From assembly GCA_010909165.1 (NCBI GenBank), contig MU008171.1, forward strand, positions 806,001 through 870,000: DNA of 64,000 nt, in the 5' to 3' direction. A model generated the notes under the pieces. That model made no database searches, was not told the DNA's origin, and saw nothing but the letters and a program-made list of their open reading frames with translations. Each line of letters opens with the position of its first letter. The stretch's first letter is position 1. This document shows, one piece after another, positions 37,284 through 49,939 of the stretch. The position numbers and the translations under genes were made by a program. Origin of the DNA: Anthoceros angustus (Eukaryota > Plantae > Anthocerotophyta).

Positions 37284-38689
37284 GTGGAGCTACTTTCGCT
37301 GACGGCCAGCCGGGCGCACACTGATCCCGTGTCGTGTAGTATGAGGTTCGGTCCCAAGGGAATGATCTTTCCGTTTGCTTATGATTGTCCTACTCCGGGC
37401 GCCTAACTTATCCGATTTCTACGGCAAGCGGCAACTCTTCCAGTAGTCCCACACTTGCGGGGTGGGGGGAACACAGTTCACCGCGCCATGACCCCTCGCC
37501 CGGATGCTACAAGGGTGTGCGCCGAAATACCTGAGCGTATCACCAGAGACGGCACTCAAGGTATCGATCCGCCCTTCCCACAAATTGGAACGGAGTACGT
37601 ACCACCCTTCGTATCATCAGCGCCCAAAGGTTACAACCCCGGAGCCATCCGTACCACTGCCCGTATCACCTACTTTGTAATCTCCGCTCACCTTCCTTCA
37701 TTTTTCACAGCTACACTACCGTACAAGCCCAGTATGGCCGAACGTTTAAGGACTCGTCCCCATCCTAGTGTTCTCTCTCTCGCCCGGAGGCCTTTCCGCC
37801 ACTCTACTCTTGTCAATCCCGTCTGCACCTTACGGGGCCTAGTTTATGCTGTGTGTTCCGTGAAGCTGTGTGCCTCCTCCGCTTTCAGATCCGCCCCCGT
37901 CTGGGCCCGGCCTACACGCCTTCTAGTGACCGCCTTCCGCGCCCACGCTTGGCCCCGCTGCCAAGGTCCCGCCCCCAGAAGAGCAAGGGTCACGGCTTCT
38001 CCACACCTGCATCACCACCACACTTAGGGGGTTCGCCACCGAGCCCGATAGTTCTTCTGCAGTAGTCCGCCCGGTGACTCGACTCAGAGCCAGGCTGTGG
38101 CTCTCAGGAGCCCGAAGGTACAACGCGGCATCAACCCCAAAAGAAAAATCACATTACTGGGACGGCAAACCCCCTCTTATACTGCTTCCCAAGGCAGTGC
38201 CTTTATTACATCCCTAAAATTTGCTTTGCTGTTAACTATACACGCTAAGTGACCTGCATCCTCACAGGTTCCCACGCCTACTATGGTGAGGTTGATATTG
38301 ACCATGCCTAACTCCCGACCGCAGCCCAATCCCCACTCCGTGCCCCAGGCTCTAACTGATTATTCTAACCCCGCAATCCCACAGAGACCCTACCCCTTCC
38401 CCGAATACCGACGTGCCATCGAGGGTGGGACAACACTGCCACTATTAATCTTCCTCCCGGCCACCGAGTGCACCGAATCTCCACAATCGCCTCGTGCTAT
38501 GGTGGGTCCCCTACCCCCGGGTCCATCCGAGGTTCGTCCGCCTTGGGCTTGTTGGGTCTGATCCCCAACCAAGTCCCCCCTTAACATTGGAGGGCGGGCG
38601 TCTGGGTCTGCCCCCACCATAGGAGTCCGGACTTCTGGGTCCATCCTCATGTCAGGAATCCGAACCCCTAATTCCGGCCTCATATCCAG

Positions 38690-38812
38690 AGTCCAGACTT
38701 TCAAGTCCGGAGTCACCTCCGGGGTTCAGACCTCCAAGTCCGGACTCACCTTAGGGGTCTGGACCTCCAAGTCCGGACTCACCCCAGGGGTCCGGACCTC
38801 CAAGTCCGTTCC
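38690..38812. repeat. 33 bp tandem repeat (GGACCTCCAAGTCCGGACTCACCCCAGGGGTCC) encoding DLEVRTPGVSP on - strand
   Basis: About 3.5 copies; the C-terminus of ORF 38726..39121(-) shows the 11-aa repeat. Confidence 0.85.
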
Positions 38813-40023
38813 CGCCTCCTGAAGCCCGGCGCTTCCTTGCACTAGACCATCTTCCCCTCCCGCCGAAGTATTTTCCCTTACACCCCCTATGTTGGGTGCT
38901 GGGTGCAGGTGACCTACCTCTTGATCTGTCGTGGCTACTCCGCTGTCCTTTCCCTTGCGCCTTCTCTCTCTCGCCGGCCCTTCTCGCCGCCACTGATCCC
39001 CAAAAGTCAGGGTTCTCGCAATGCCGGTGTCGCACTGGACAGCCCGCTGGGTCGCCCATCCCTGTGCCTTCCAACCGCCTGCGCATCCCTGGAGGCCGAC
39101 AAGAAAGCTCGGCCAGCTCAAGCCGCTGCTGCTGGCGCCTGCCTCCTCTGCTCTCCTGAGGGCGCCACTGCCCTTAAGACCCGGGATTCTCCTTCCGCCC
39201 TGCGCAGACGATCAATGCTTTTGTTCTTCTTGCCTCCATTGGTGCTGGTCCGTCCCCTACACGTTTAGGATTCCCATCTCCCTCTCGAGCCATTCTAGGA
39301 GTTTCATCAAGCGGGTGGCATCGGCAAGCTCCCTCTTGAGCTCTTCGATATCCAACTCCTTGCTCCGCCAGTGACTTTCCTCCACCCTAAGGCAGAGTTG
39401 GAGCCGTTCCACCTCCCACTTGTGGTCTCCAACTGCCCTCGAGGATCCTGCCTCTCGCCCACTACCCGGAGTTGTAGCCTGTGGTCTCCTTGGCCTTCTA
39501 CCGCTTATGCCGCCTTGTCCACCTCCGGAGGCTGTGAGGTTCCCCATCTCCTCGCCCGCCTTGCATACGCCGCATCGTAGCCGCCTGTCCCTCCGAGGTT
39601 GCCTGCTCCTCCTTCACGAGCTATGGGTACCCACCACCTCCTCTAACGTTCGGTCTGCGTAGTGGTCCGTCCGCTCTTTGGCATTTGCCTCGCCTCCCTC
39701 TGCTCCTCCTTCACCGAGCCTCCAGGAGCTTGTCTCTCCTCCCTCACGTATGGCCTCCTACCCGAGGCGGCTCCAGCATTGACCTTCGGGCGACATGCGC
39801 CTTGCTTCCTCCCTTTGTTGACTCAAGGCCTTCAAGGCCAGCTCTTTGCGTGCTTTTAATCGCTCACACAAATCAAGCACCCGGGCCCGATCCTATTGGG
39901 CGGACCTCGCCTCCCTCTCCGCCATCCGGCGCTTCTCCTCTTCAATTCGAGTTAGGGATTCCGCCTGACCCTGGAGCTCCACCATGCGCCTTCGGGTGGC
40001 TTCCACCTCCTGCGTCCTCTCCG

Positions 40024-40195
40024 CGGTACCGCAGAGGCCCCACACCATGCCGTCCACGATGGCCCCCACACCATGCCGTCCACGACGGCCCCCACACCAT
40101 GCCGTCCACGACGGCCCCCACACCATGCCGTCCACGACGGCCCCCACACCATGCCGTCCACGACGGCCCCCACACCATGTCGTCCATGACGGCCG
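40024..40195. repeat. ~26-27 bp tandem repeat (GGCCCCCACACCATGCCGTCCACGAC) x6-7; related arrays at ~40890-41035 and ~42720-42865
   Basis: Read directly. The C-run length varies from 4 to 5; a 6-C unit would encode VVDGMVWGA in frame on - strand. Confidence 0.9.
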
Positions 40196-41429
40196 CCAGG
40201 ACCCACCGGGTCTCTTCCACCGCCGCGGCCGGTGAAGCTCCCATAAACTCCGCCAAGGCATTCCCGTCAAGGATCGCATGCAACGGAGTGGTGGTCCGAA
40301 TGGGTGGACTCGATCAGACTCTTAGGTCTTGACCGTCCCGAGCGGGTCCTTCCACCTCCTTGGCCTGCCTTCTACCGCTTATGCGCCTTGTCCACCTCCG
40401 GAGGCTGCTTGGAGGTTCCCCATCTCCGCTCTTGCATCGCCTGCATCGGGCCGCGGCGCTGCCTCACTCCGAGGTTGCCTCGCCTCCTTGATCGAGCTAT
40501 GGGTACTCCAGCCGCCTCCCTCTAACGGTTCCCGGCCTCATGGTGGTCCCCATTCTGGCATTTGCCTCGCCTCCCTCTCCTCCTTCACCGAGCCTCCGTG
40601 AGCTTGTCTCTCCTCCCCACGTATGGCCTCTACTGTGTCCCATGCCTCCGTGCATTCGGACGCGACATGCTCTTGCTTCCTCCCTTTGTTGACTCAAGGC
40701 CTTCAAGGCCGCTCAGCCTCTTGTGCTTTTAATCGTTCACACACCAAGCACCGCCCGATCCTATTGGGCGGACTCGCCTCCCTCTCAGCCATCCGCGCCT
40801 TCTCAATTCGAGTTAGGATTCCGCCGACCGAGCTCCACCATGCGCCTTCGGGTGGCTTCCACCTCCGCCCTCCGCGGTACCGCAGAGGCCCCACACCATG
40901 CCGTCCACGATGGCCCCCACACCATGCCGCCCACGACGCCCCACACCATGCCGCCCACGACGCCTCACACCATGCCGTCCACGACGGCCCCCACACCATG
41001 CCGTCCACGACGGCCCCACACCATGTCGTCCATGACGCCGCCAGACCACCGGGTCTCTTCCACCGCCGGTGAAGCTCCCATAAACTCCGCCAAGGCATTG
41101 TCAAGGATCGCAGCACGGCGTGTCCGAATGGTGGCTCGGACTGATCAGACTCTTAGGTCTTGACCGTCCCGAGCGGGTCCTTCCACCTCCTTGGCCTGCT
41201 TCACGCCAACTCCTTCCCCTCCAGCCCTTTGGGGTTCAGTGGGGGTGAGGGGTTCAGAGCTGGCTCGCCTCCCCTCGTGGGAGGGGAGAGAATTGGCTCC
41301 GGATGGGGTTGTCGCCAATGGCCGCCTGGGCTGGGCCCCTCCGCCCTAGTCCACGGGGCTCAACTGGGGTCCGAGTCGCCTGCCGCCATCGGGCGCCACC
41401 GGTACTAGCCCGATCCCGCCATAGCAGAC

Positions 41430-41686
41430 CTGTAAGGGTATTAAAGCTCAATGTACTTAGACTAATACACTTAGTCTGGGTTAGCCAGGTGCCAAGTATC
41501 ATTAGTTTAGAAGCTAATCACTAGGAAGCTTCTTGTGCTCCTTCCTAGGGGCTTCTTGTGGAGCTTCCTAGAGTTCTATTGAGGTATATAAATACCCTCC
41601 AAGCCTCATCTCAATGAGAGAGAGTTACACTTGCCTCCTCCTCTCCTCTCCTCTTTCCACCATCATGTGTTGCCACACGATCCTTC
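41430..41686 (+). mobile_element. Probable solo LTR (~255 bp, TG..CA, TATATAAA) inserted in ORF1; duplicate at ~43275-43522
   Basis: TGTAAGGGTATTAAAG..GAGGTATATAAATACCC..ACGATCCTTCA; the second copy has the same end. No TSD recognised. Confidence 0.55.
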
Positions 41687-44387
41687 ACTGGGGACTGTTG
41701 CTCCATTGTTGGTACCAACAAGAGGGAAGCGGGAATTTCTTCCTAGATTTCCCTTGGAGGAGGGGCCTGCTCCATGATGGCACATCAGGTATGCCCTCCC
41801 AATTTTCCTCCTCTTGCACGCGCCACATTTTGGGCCCCGCGACCGACCAGCTGTCCGGGTCTTGCACTCCTCCATCCTTCTCCTCCGATAACAGTGGCTG
41901 CACTGACCTGAGGCTCGCTCCTCCTCCTCTCTCCTTCGTGGAGGTTATGGTGTCCTTAGACATGCAAGATGAAAGGAGACAACGCCGATGGGGAGGCCGC
42001 TTGTTGCGCAGCCTTCCGGCCTTCGGGCTAGTCGGGCAAAGATGATCCGCCTCAAATCCTTTGCCACTCAGAGGGCGCATACTAACACCGTGAGGTTATA
42101 AATCCCCATGTGCCATTTAAACCTTGGTGAGCATGTTCCGTGGGGACATGTCAATTTTGCCACTACTCACTCACCCGCCGGGTCCAACAGTCCGACATCA
42201 ACCACCTTGGAGGACTTACGGGTTTTGGCTTCAACAGAGTAGCCTCACTGCCCAACCTTCCCTTCACCTTCGTGGGCCGCGGCGCCTGCCTCCGAGGTTG
42301 CCTCGCCCTCCTTGATCGAGCTATGGGTACTCCACCTCCTCTAATCTGCTCCGTCTCTCATGTAGTGGTCCCGGTCCTGCCTTGGCATTTGCCTCGCCTC
42401 CTTCACCGAGCCTCCAGCTTGTCTCTCCTCCCCACGTATGGCCTCTACCGGCCCTCCGTGACTGACGATGGCGCCGCTGCCCTTGCTTCCTCCCTTTGTT
42501 GACTCAAGGCCTTCAAGGCACAGGCTCAGCCTCTTGCGTGCTTTTAATCGCTCACACCAAATCAAGCACCCGGGCCCGATCCTATTGGGCGGACCTCGCC
42601 TCCCTCTTCGCCATCCGGCGCTTCTCCTCTTCAATTCGAGTTAGGGATTCCGCCTGACCCTGGAGCTCCACCATGCGCCTTCGGGTGGCTTCCACCTCCG
42701 CCCCTCCGCGGTACCGCAGGCCCCCACCATGCCGCCCACGATGGCTCCCCACAATGCCGCCCACGACGCCCCACACCATGCCGCCCACGACGGCCCCACA
42801 CCATGCCGTCCAATGACGGCCCCACACCATGCCGCCCACGACGGCCCCACACCATGTCGTCCATGACGCCGCCAGACCACCGGGTCTCTTCCACCGCCGC
42901 GGCCGGTGAAGCTCCCATAAACTCCGCCAAGGCATTCCCCAGTCAGGAACGGACTGCAACCAGCCGAATGGGCATCTGGACTCGATCAGGACTCTTAGGT
43001 CTTGACCGTCCGGAGCGGGTCCTTCCACCTCCTTGGCCCGTTTCACGGCCAACTCCTTCTCCGCCCTCCGGCGCTTGGGGTTCGGTGGGGGTGAGGGGGT
43101 TCAGGAGCTGGCTCGCTTCCCCCTCTTCGTAGGGGAGAGAATTGGCTCCGGATGGGGTTGTCGCCAATGGCCGCCTGGGCTGGGCCCCTCCGCCCTAGTC
43201 CACGGGGCTCAACTGGGGTCCGAGTCGCCTGCCGCCATCGGGCGCCACCGGTACTAGCTCCGATCCCGCCATAGCGTAAGGGTATTAAAGCTCAATGTAC
43301 TTAGACTAATACACCTAGTCTAAGTTAGGTGTCATATCATTAGTTTGAAGCTAATCACTAGGAAGCTTCTTGTGCTCCTTCCTAGGGGCTTCTTGTGGAG
43401 CTTCCTAGGAGTTCTATTGAGGTATAAATACCCTCCAAGCCTCATCTCAATGAGAGAGAGTTACACTTGCCTCCTCCTCTCCTCTCCTCTTTCCACCATC
43501 ATGTGTTGCCACACGATCCTTCATCGGGATCATGTTCCATTGTTGGTACCAACAAGAGGGAAGCGGGAATTTCTTCCTAGATTTCCCTTGGAGGAGAGGG
43601 GGCCCGTTCCAGCCAGATGGCATCAGGTATGCCCTCCCAATTTTCCTCCTCTTGCACGCGCCACATTTTGGGCCCCGCGACCGACCAGCTGTCCGGGTCT
43701 TGCACTCCTCCATCCTTCTCCCCCTCCGATAGGGTGGCCAGCCCCCGACGGAGGGCTCGTTCCTCCTCTCTCTCCTTCAGGAGGTTATGGTGTCCTTAGA
43801 CATGCAAGATGAAAGGAGACAACGCCGATGGGGGAGGCCGCTTGTTGCGCAGCTTCCGGGCCTTCTGGGCTAGTCGGGCAAAGATGATCCGCCCCCAGTC
43901 CGTCCTTTTGCCACTCAGGAGGGCGTACACGAACACCAGGAGGTTATAAATCCCCCAGGCTATCGACCTTGGTGAGCATGTTCCAGTGGACAATAATTTT
44001 TGCCACTACTCTCACCCGTCGGTCCAACAGGTCCGACATCAACCACCCGTTGGAGGACTTCTGGGTTTTTGGCTTCAACAGAGTAGCCTTCGCTGCTTCC
44101 AACCTTCCCTTCACCTTCAGGGGCTCCGGCACTATAGTACTCCCCCGACCTCCTCCGCGGGCCGGTTGTACACTGCGCAAAGGATCTCCACTGTCCACCG
44201 CCTAGGGTCCTCCTCAGACTCTTCGAGCGGACGGCTTTGCTTGCGCCGCCAGCATCTTCTGGGCGTATTCTCGGACCAGCGCCACACTGTCGTAAGTCCA
44301 TACCGCCTGGAAGATGTCCAAGTGCCACTCGTGAACAAGCTCACCCACCTCTTCAAGCCAGGGTTCAAAGTCGTGCAATGACCACCA

Positions 44388-44515
44388 TGTATTCTACTGA
44401 ACCGACACAATTTTGTACTTAACCTTTCCCCAAACACAGTGCTTTCTGCTCTCGCAAACGCTCGTGCTTTCCAAGCGCCTTAGTGCCTTGCGCTCCCGTT
44501 ACATGGTATCAAAGC
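44388..44515 (+). mobile_element. Short LTR end (44388-44503, TG..CA) plus PBS TGGTATCAAAGC (44504-44515)
   Basis: TTACA directly followed by a tRNA-iMet-type PBS; no matching second LTR in the window. Confidence 0.6.
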
Positions 44516-44559
44516 ATCAGACCTGATGCCTGGATGCCTGATGCTTGAATTCCATCCTT

Positions 44560-47500
44560 ATGTCATCTGCATAAGGGCCTAGAGAGGTTTCACATTAGGG
44601 CTCTTTTGCTTGTACACGGATGTCATGTTTCCGCCACTCAACCGATAATGACACAACTCCTCCAGACCGAGAAGCCTACATCTAAAATGCCGAGATGTCC
44701 GACGCTTGAAGCCAACTTGCTCAGATGAATTGCAGGCGATAAAACTACCGCTACTTCTACTGCTCGTCACCGGGAGAAATGACATTCCGACTCTTCACGA
44801 GTCCCTCCTCCTGCACCCAAGCCTGCAACCCGACAACGTCAACATTTTTCCTCTCAGGGAGGTGACAACAATTTTGAAGGCAATTCTACCTGTCCCCTCC
44901 AATTTTAGCCAATTAGAGTTCAACATCACCTTGTGAGAGTTTGAGAACTTCAAAACCCGGAGGAGTTCGAGATCTTCAAAACGTGGAGGCCAGAGTTCGA
45001 GATCTTCAAAACCCGAAGGCCAGAGTTTGAGAACTTCAAAACCTGGAGGCCAGAGTTCGAGATCTTCAAAACGTGGAGGCCAGAGTTCGAGATCTTCAAA
45101 ACTCGGAGGCCAGAGTTTGAGATCTTCAAAACCTGGAGGCCAGAGTTCGAGATCTTCAAAACCTGGAGTCCACAGTTCGAGATCTTCAAAACCTGGAGTC
45201 CAAAGTTTGAGATCTTCAAAACCTACAGGCCAGAGTTCGAGATCTTCAAACCAACAGGCCAGAGTTCGAGATCTTCAAAACAACTTGGAGCCCAGAGTTC
45301 GAGATCTTCAAAACACGGAGCCGAGTTTGAGATCTTCAAAACTTGGGGCCCCGATCAGCGTATTTGAACAAAAGAAGCTTACCTTGCGATGGAGAGAGTT
45401 CTTCCGATTCTCAAGTGCTTCACCAAGATTCGCATCAACTCGCTCAACATTTTGCTCGAGATTAACGCCACCGCCATCTTTAGGTTGTGGGCATCTCCTA
45501 TTTCCACCCGCATCACAATGGATTTCGTGGGTGTGCTTTGTGGCACGCGACTCTTCTCCGTCTTGTGCCTATTCACCGTGCCTCTGCAACGGAATCTAAG
45601 GTGATCGCTTTTGATGTCGTTTAGTGAGGACACAAGATTCGCACCAAGGTAGGTGCTCAACCTTTGCAAGGCAAGGGGTTCTATATAAAGCTCCTTAGAC
45701 ATTTGGATTAATTTTGACTATTAGGATGACCAAGGCGACAATGCCAAAGCATGGTTTGGGTAGGTGTCGGGTTTGGAATGGCAACATTAGCGTAATGGGT
45801 GGCTCCCACTTGTACCGACAATCTATAGAGACCATCATCTAAAGTGCAGATTGTATAGTTTCTATCACTTATGAAGAGAGAAGACAACTCTACATAAAGG
45901 ATCACTGCAGTGTGTGTTCTTGACAAAGACTTGCGGTGATACTAGATTCTTGCACATTGAAGGAACATGGAGGACTTGATGAAGATGAAGAACGACCGAA
46001 TCACACTTGAATACAATCGAACCGACACCTATGGGTAGGTTGTGATCATCTCGGGAGGAGACGATGTCCTGTGGGTGGTGAGTAAGACTCAAAAGAGTTT
46101 CTTGTAACAAATATGTGAAGTAGCTCCACTGCCTAAGTACCATGAGGTATTGGAGGGCTTGGAAGAAGCCAAGCACAAGTGAGCACTCTGGAGTTGAGGA
46201 AGATTGTTTCTTGCCGCAATGTTAGCTCGGTGGGGCCTCCTTCCGAGGTTCCCATTCTTCTTCGACAATCCTTTTCCATGTGATTTGGGATTACGCACCA
46301 ATTACATATAATCCCATCTTCTTGTTACCTCTTGCAGGTGTTGAAGAAGATGCCTCTCCATCTTGAAAAGTATGTGCAGTATATGGGGGTCGTTGGAAAG
46401 CAGAACCTCGACCTCTACCTCGTCCTCTTCCTCTACCCTTTGTGAATACATCACCGCCGCTTGTTGGCTCGGAGTGATGATGACGTCGCTTGCCTCCTCC
46501 TGTAGCAATGCTCCAATAAGTTTGGAAACACGATGTCCGGCTCTTCATTTGGATCTTCATCTGCAGCTTTTCGACATCATTTGCATTTTGAGTTGTAATG
46601 AAAGCCCTATAAGAAGGTGGCAATGAAGATAAGAGAATGACGTAAGCCTCCATCTCCGAGATAGGTACGCCATTGAAGATTCCAAATGGGATCGTGCCAA
46701 TCGAAATGCATTAACATGATGTTCGATGGTGTCGGACTCCTTCATTGAGAGGTTGCGAAGTTACGTGAAGTCGCAACAATACTCATTACATCTCGAGATG
46801 AATATAATTGAGCAAGGTGAGTCCACATATCCTTGGAGGTCTTTGCGTGCGACATGTCTCACCATATGTTGAGAAAGTCCACCCAATAAATCTTGTGCCT
46901 TCGCCTGGCGTCCGGAAGGTTGAAGTTCACGTTCAAATCGGGCGTGTGGCCTTGGAATTGATCCATCGACGATGCCCCAAAGGTCTCTTTGCCGCAAAGC
47001 TCCTCGCATTCTCAATGACCGATGTCATAATCCTTCCATTGAATCTATCTTTCTCTTGAAATGTCACCATAATGATAATGCAATGAAGTGTTAGCATTAT
47101 CATTACCCAATGGGGAATTAGGAAGCTTTGTTCTTCATCATTGATCACTCCAGCCATTGTAGGTGATTTAGAGGACTAGGCCTCACCGGCATACCTCTCA
47201 TCTTCTCTATTGCACGCGAAACTCTTCTCTTGCATCATAATCGATTCGGATGATGATAGCATGCTCTCAAATCTCGCATTATCAACCTTAGAGAGAATAG
47301 ACAATTTTGTCCTTAATTCAGATAATTCTCCTTAAGATCAAAGGATTGGATTCTAAGAGTTGCTAATTGACTATCAATTTCTTGAAATCTAAGAGTTTCT
47401 ATGCTATTTTGTCTTGACTAGAAGATAAAGGAGTACTAATACCAGATTCAAATTTGGGATATGTTGGAGAGCTAATTCTAATGCCTTGACGTGAATTGGA

Positions 47501-48175
47501 CTAAAACTTCTAGCAAATCACGCCTAGCTAGCTTGATAAACTTCCCTTGATCCGGTTTAGAAATTAAAATAGATGCAATGAAGTTTGCTATACAAGAGGA
47601 GGTTTCTTCTATCTCTCCTCTATAGCTTGTTGTCTTCTATTGCTTCTATGTGTTGGGCTCCTAATTTGTTCTTGTTGTCTTGCAGACTACTTCTCTTCTT
47701 AACTCTATGCCTTCTCCTTCTAAGGGAACACAAATCCATGGAGGAAGGACAAAGAATTAGTGCATAAAAGCATTGTTAGAAGAGAAATGTTAGCATAAAA
47801 GAATGCATGCAAAGATAGCAATTCTAGGATAAACACAATCCATCTAGGCAAATGCTAGATTAGAAAGTGTCTCCTAGATAAGCTACTTAGATGCATGAGG
47901 ATGCACAAGCAAACAAAGAGCAAGTGTGCTCGATACCATGATGAGAATCATACACAAGCTCAAGCAATATGTGTTGCATTACATTCATAATAGAAAGTAC
48001 ATGCCTTTATGTAGGCAAGGTAGTTGTAACCAATAAGTGGTTGTAACAACTAACCAATTAAAATAACTACTAGAAGAAACTACTTAGTGCCCTAAAGACT
48101 AAATTAATTATTAAGTCCTAGGTGCCCTAGTGAAGAGTGCCCTAATAGTAAGCTATTTTATGAAGTCCACCAACA
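44560..48175 (-). mobile_element. 3'-truncated Ty1/copia element: 5' LTR 47939-48175, PBS, gag, protease, integrase, start of RT
   Basis: LTR TG..CA with PBS TGGTATCGAGC. gag MRGALRQRDLWGIVDG and LLSSLPPSY; protease WYLGSGATSHIC; GAG-pre-integrase LWHCRLGHP; degenerate RT at 44580-44940. Frameshifted. Confidence 0.9.
44945..45345. repeat. 30 bp tandem repeat (GGCCAGAGTTCGAGATCTTCAAAACCTGGA) x~12 in copia integrase-RT linker
   Basis: Read directly. ORF 44950..45219(-) shows the decapeptide LKISNSGLQV repeated. Confidence 0.92.
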
Positions 48176-49900
48176 TTGTGAGTCGGCATCATTTCATGGA
48201 TAGCTCCTCCCAAGACCACCGTGTTAGAATTGTATGGTGGCATTTGCCCAGCCCGGAAGCACTCTTTGAAAACATCACCATAATGATAATGCAATGAAGT
48301 GTTAGCATTATCATTACCCAATGGGGAATTAGGAAGCTTGTTCTTCATTATTGATCACTCCAGCCATTGTAGGTGATTTAGAGGACTAGGCCTCGCAGTC
48401 TCTCATCTTCTCTATTGCATCGAAACTCTTCTCTTGCATCATAATCGATTCGGATGATGATAGCATGCTCTCAAATCTCTGCATTATCAACCTTAGAGAG
48501 AATAGACAATTTTGTCCTTAATTCAGATAATTCTCCTTAAGATCAAAGATTGGATTCTAAGAGTTGCTAATTGACTATCAATTTCTTGAAATCTAAGAGT
48601 TTCTATGCTATTTTGTCTTGCGAGACTAGAAGATAAAGGAGTACTAATACCAGATTCAAATTTGGGATATGTTGGAGCTAATTCTAATGCCTTGACGTGA
48701 ATTGGACTAAAACTTCTAGCAAATCACGTCTAGCTAGCTTGATAAACTTCCCTTGATCCGGTTTAGAAATTAAAATAGATGCAATGAAGTTTGCTATACA
48801 AGAGGAGGTTTCTTCTATCTCTCCTCTATAGCTTGTTGTCTTCTATTGCTTCTATGTGTTGGCTCCTAATTTGTTCTTGTTGTCTTGCAGACTACTCTCT
48901 TCTTAACTCTATGCCTTCTCCTTCTAAGGAACACAAATCCATGGAGGAAGGACAAAGAATTAGTGCATAAAAGCATTGTTAGAAGAGAAATGTTAGCATA
49001 AAAGAATGCATGCAAAGATAGCAATTCTAGGATAAACACAATCCATCTAGGCAAATGCTAGATTAGAAAGTGTCTCCTAGATAAGCTACTTAGATGCATG
49101 AGGATGCACAAACAAACAAAGAGCAAGTGTGCTCGATACCATGATGAGAATCATACACAAGCTCAAGCAATATGTGTTGCATTACATTCATAATAGAAAG
49201 TACATGCCTTTATGTAGGCAAGGTAGTTGTAACCAATAAGTGGTTGTAACAACTAACCAATTAAATAACTACTAGAAGAAACTACTTAGTGCCCTAAAGA
49301 CTAAATTAATTATTAAGTCCTAGGTGCCCTAGTGAAGAGTGCCCTAATAGTAAGCTATTTTATGAAGTCCACCAACATTGTGAGTCGGCATCATTTCATG
49401 GATAGCTCCTCCCCAAGACCACCGTGTTAGAATTGTATGGTGGCATTTGCCCAGCCCGGAAGCACTCTTCTTGAATGGGTCATGGTTGGCGCTATGTCTC
49501 GTAATTGCTCCAAGGCGCAACGCATTGCTGCCTTTTGCCTTCGTGACTTTCCCTGTTGCTTCCGGTATACTGTGGATTGTGGAAGAAGGATATGAGGGAG
49601 AAACGAAAAGTGGATTTAAGGACTAAATTAATTATTAAGTCCTAGGTGCCCTAGTGAAGAGTGCCCTAATAATAAGCTATTTTATGAAGTCCACCAACAT
49701 TGTGAGTCAGTGCATCATTTCATGGATAGCTCCTCCTTCCCAAGACCACCGTGTTAGAATTGTATGGTGGCATTTGCCCAGCTGGAAGCACTCTTCTTGA
49801 ATGGGTCATGGTTGGCGCTATGTCTCATGTAATTGTTCCAAGGCGCAACGCATTGCTGCCTTTTGCCTTGAGGACTTTCCCTGCTTCCGTGTATACTGTG
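47064..49900. repeat. Tandem duplications of copia gag start/leader/LTR/flank: 1211 bp unit (47064-48274, 48275-~49475) and ~320 bp unit (~49297-49616, 49617-~49930)
   Basis: Second PBS plus LTR at 49131-49377; third LTR end at 49699. Confidence 0.9.
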
Positions 49901-49939
49901 GATTGTGGAAGAAGGATATGAGGGAGAAACGAGTGCGGA

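Larger units (their letters stand above)
38280..44380 (-). mobile_element. Copy 3 of the gag/pol-less two-ORF element, internally multiplied
   Basis: ORF1 pieces NMLTKVDSLGDL and TDWGRIIFARLAQKARKLRNKRPPPSALSPFILH. ORF2 coiled-coil pieces carry VVDGMVWG and DLEVRTPGVSP repeats. Blocks are repeated 2-3 times. Confidence 0.7.

Noticed and set aside
17781-45345. 23-33 bp repeat arrays (17781, 20326, 38690, 40024, 44945) as possible CRISPR arrays
   Set aside because: Units are contiguous with no unique spacers, there are no cas genes, the context is eukaryotic, and all lie inside transposons.
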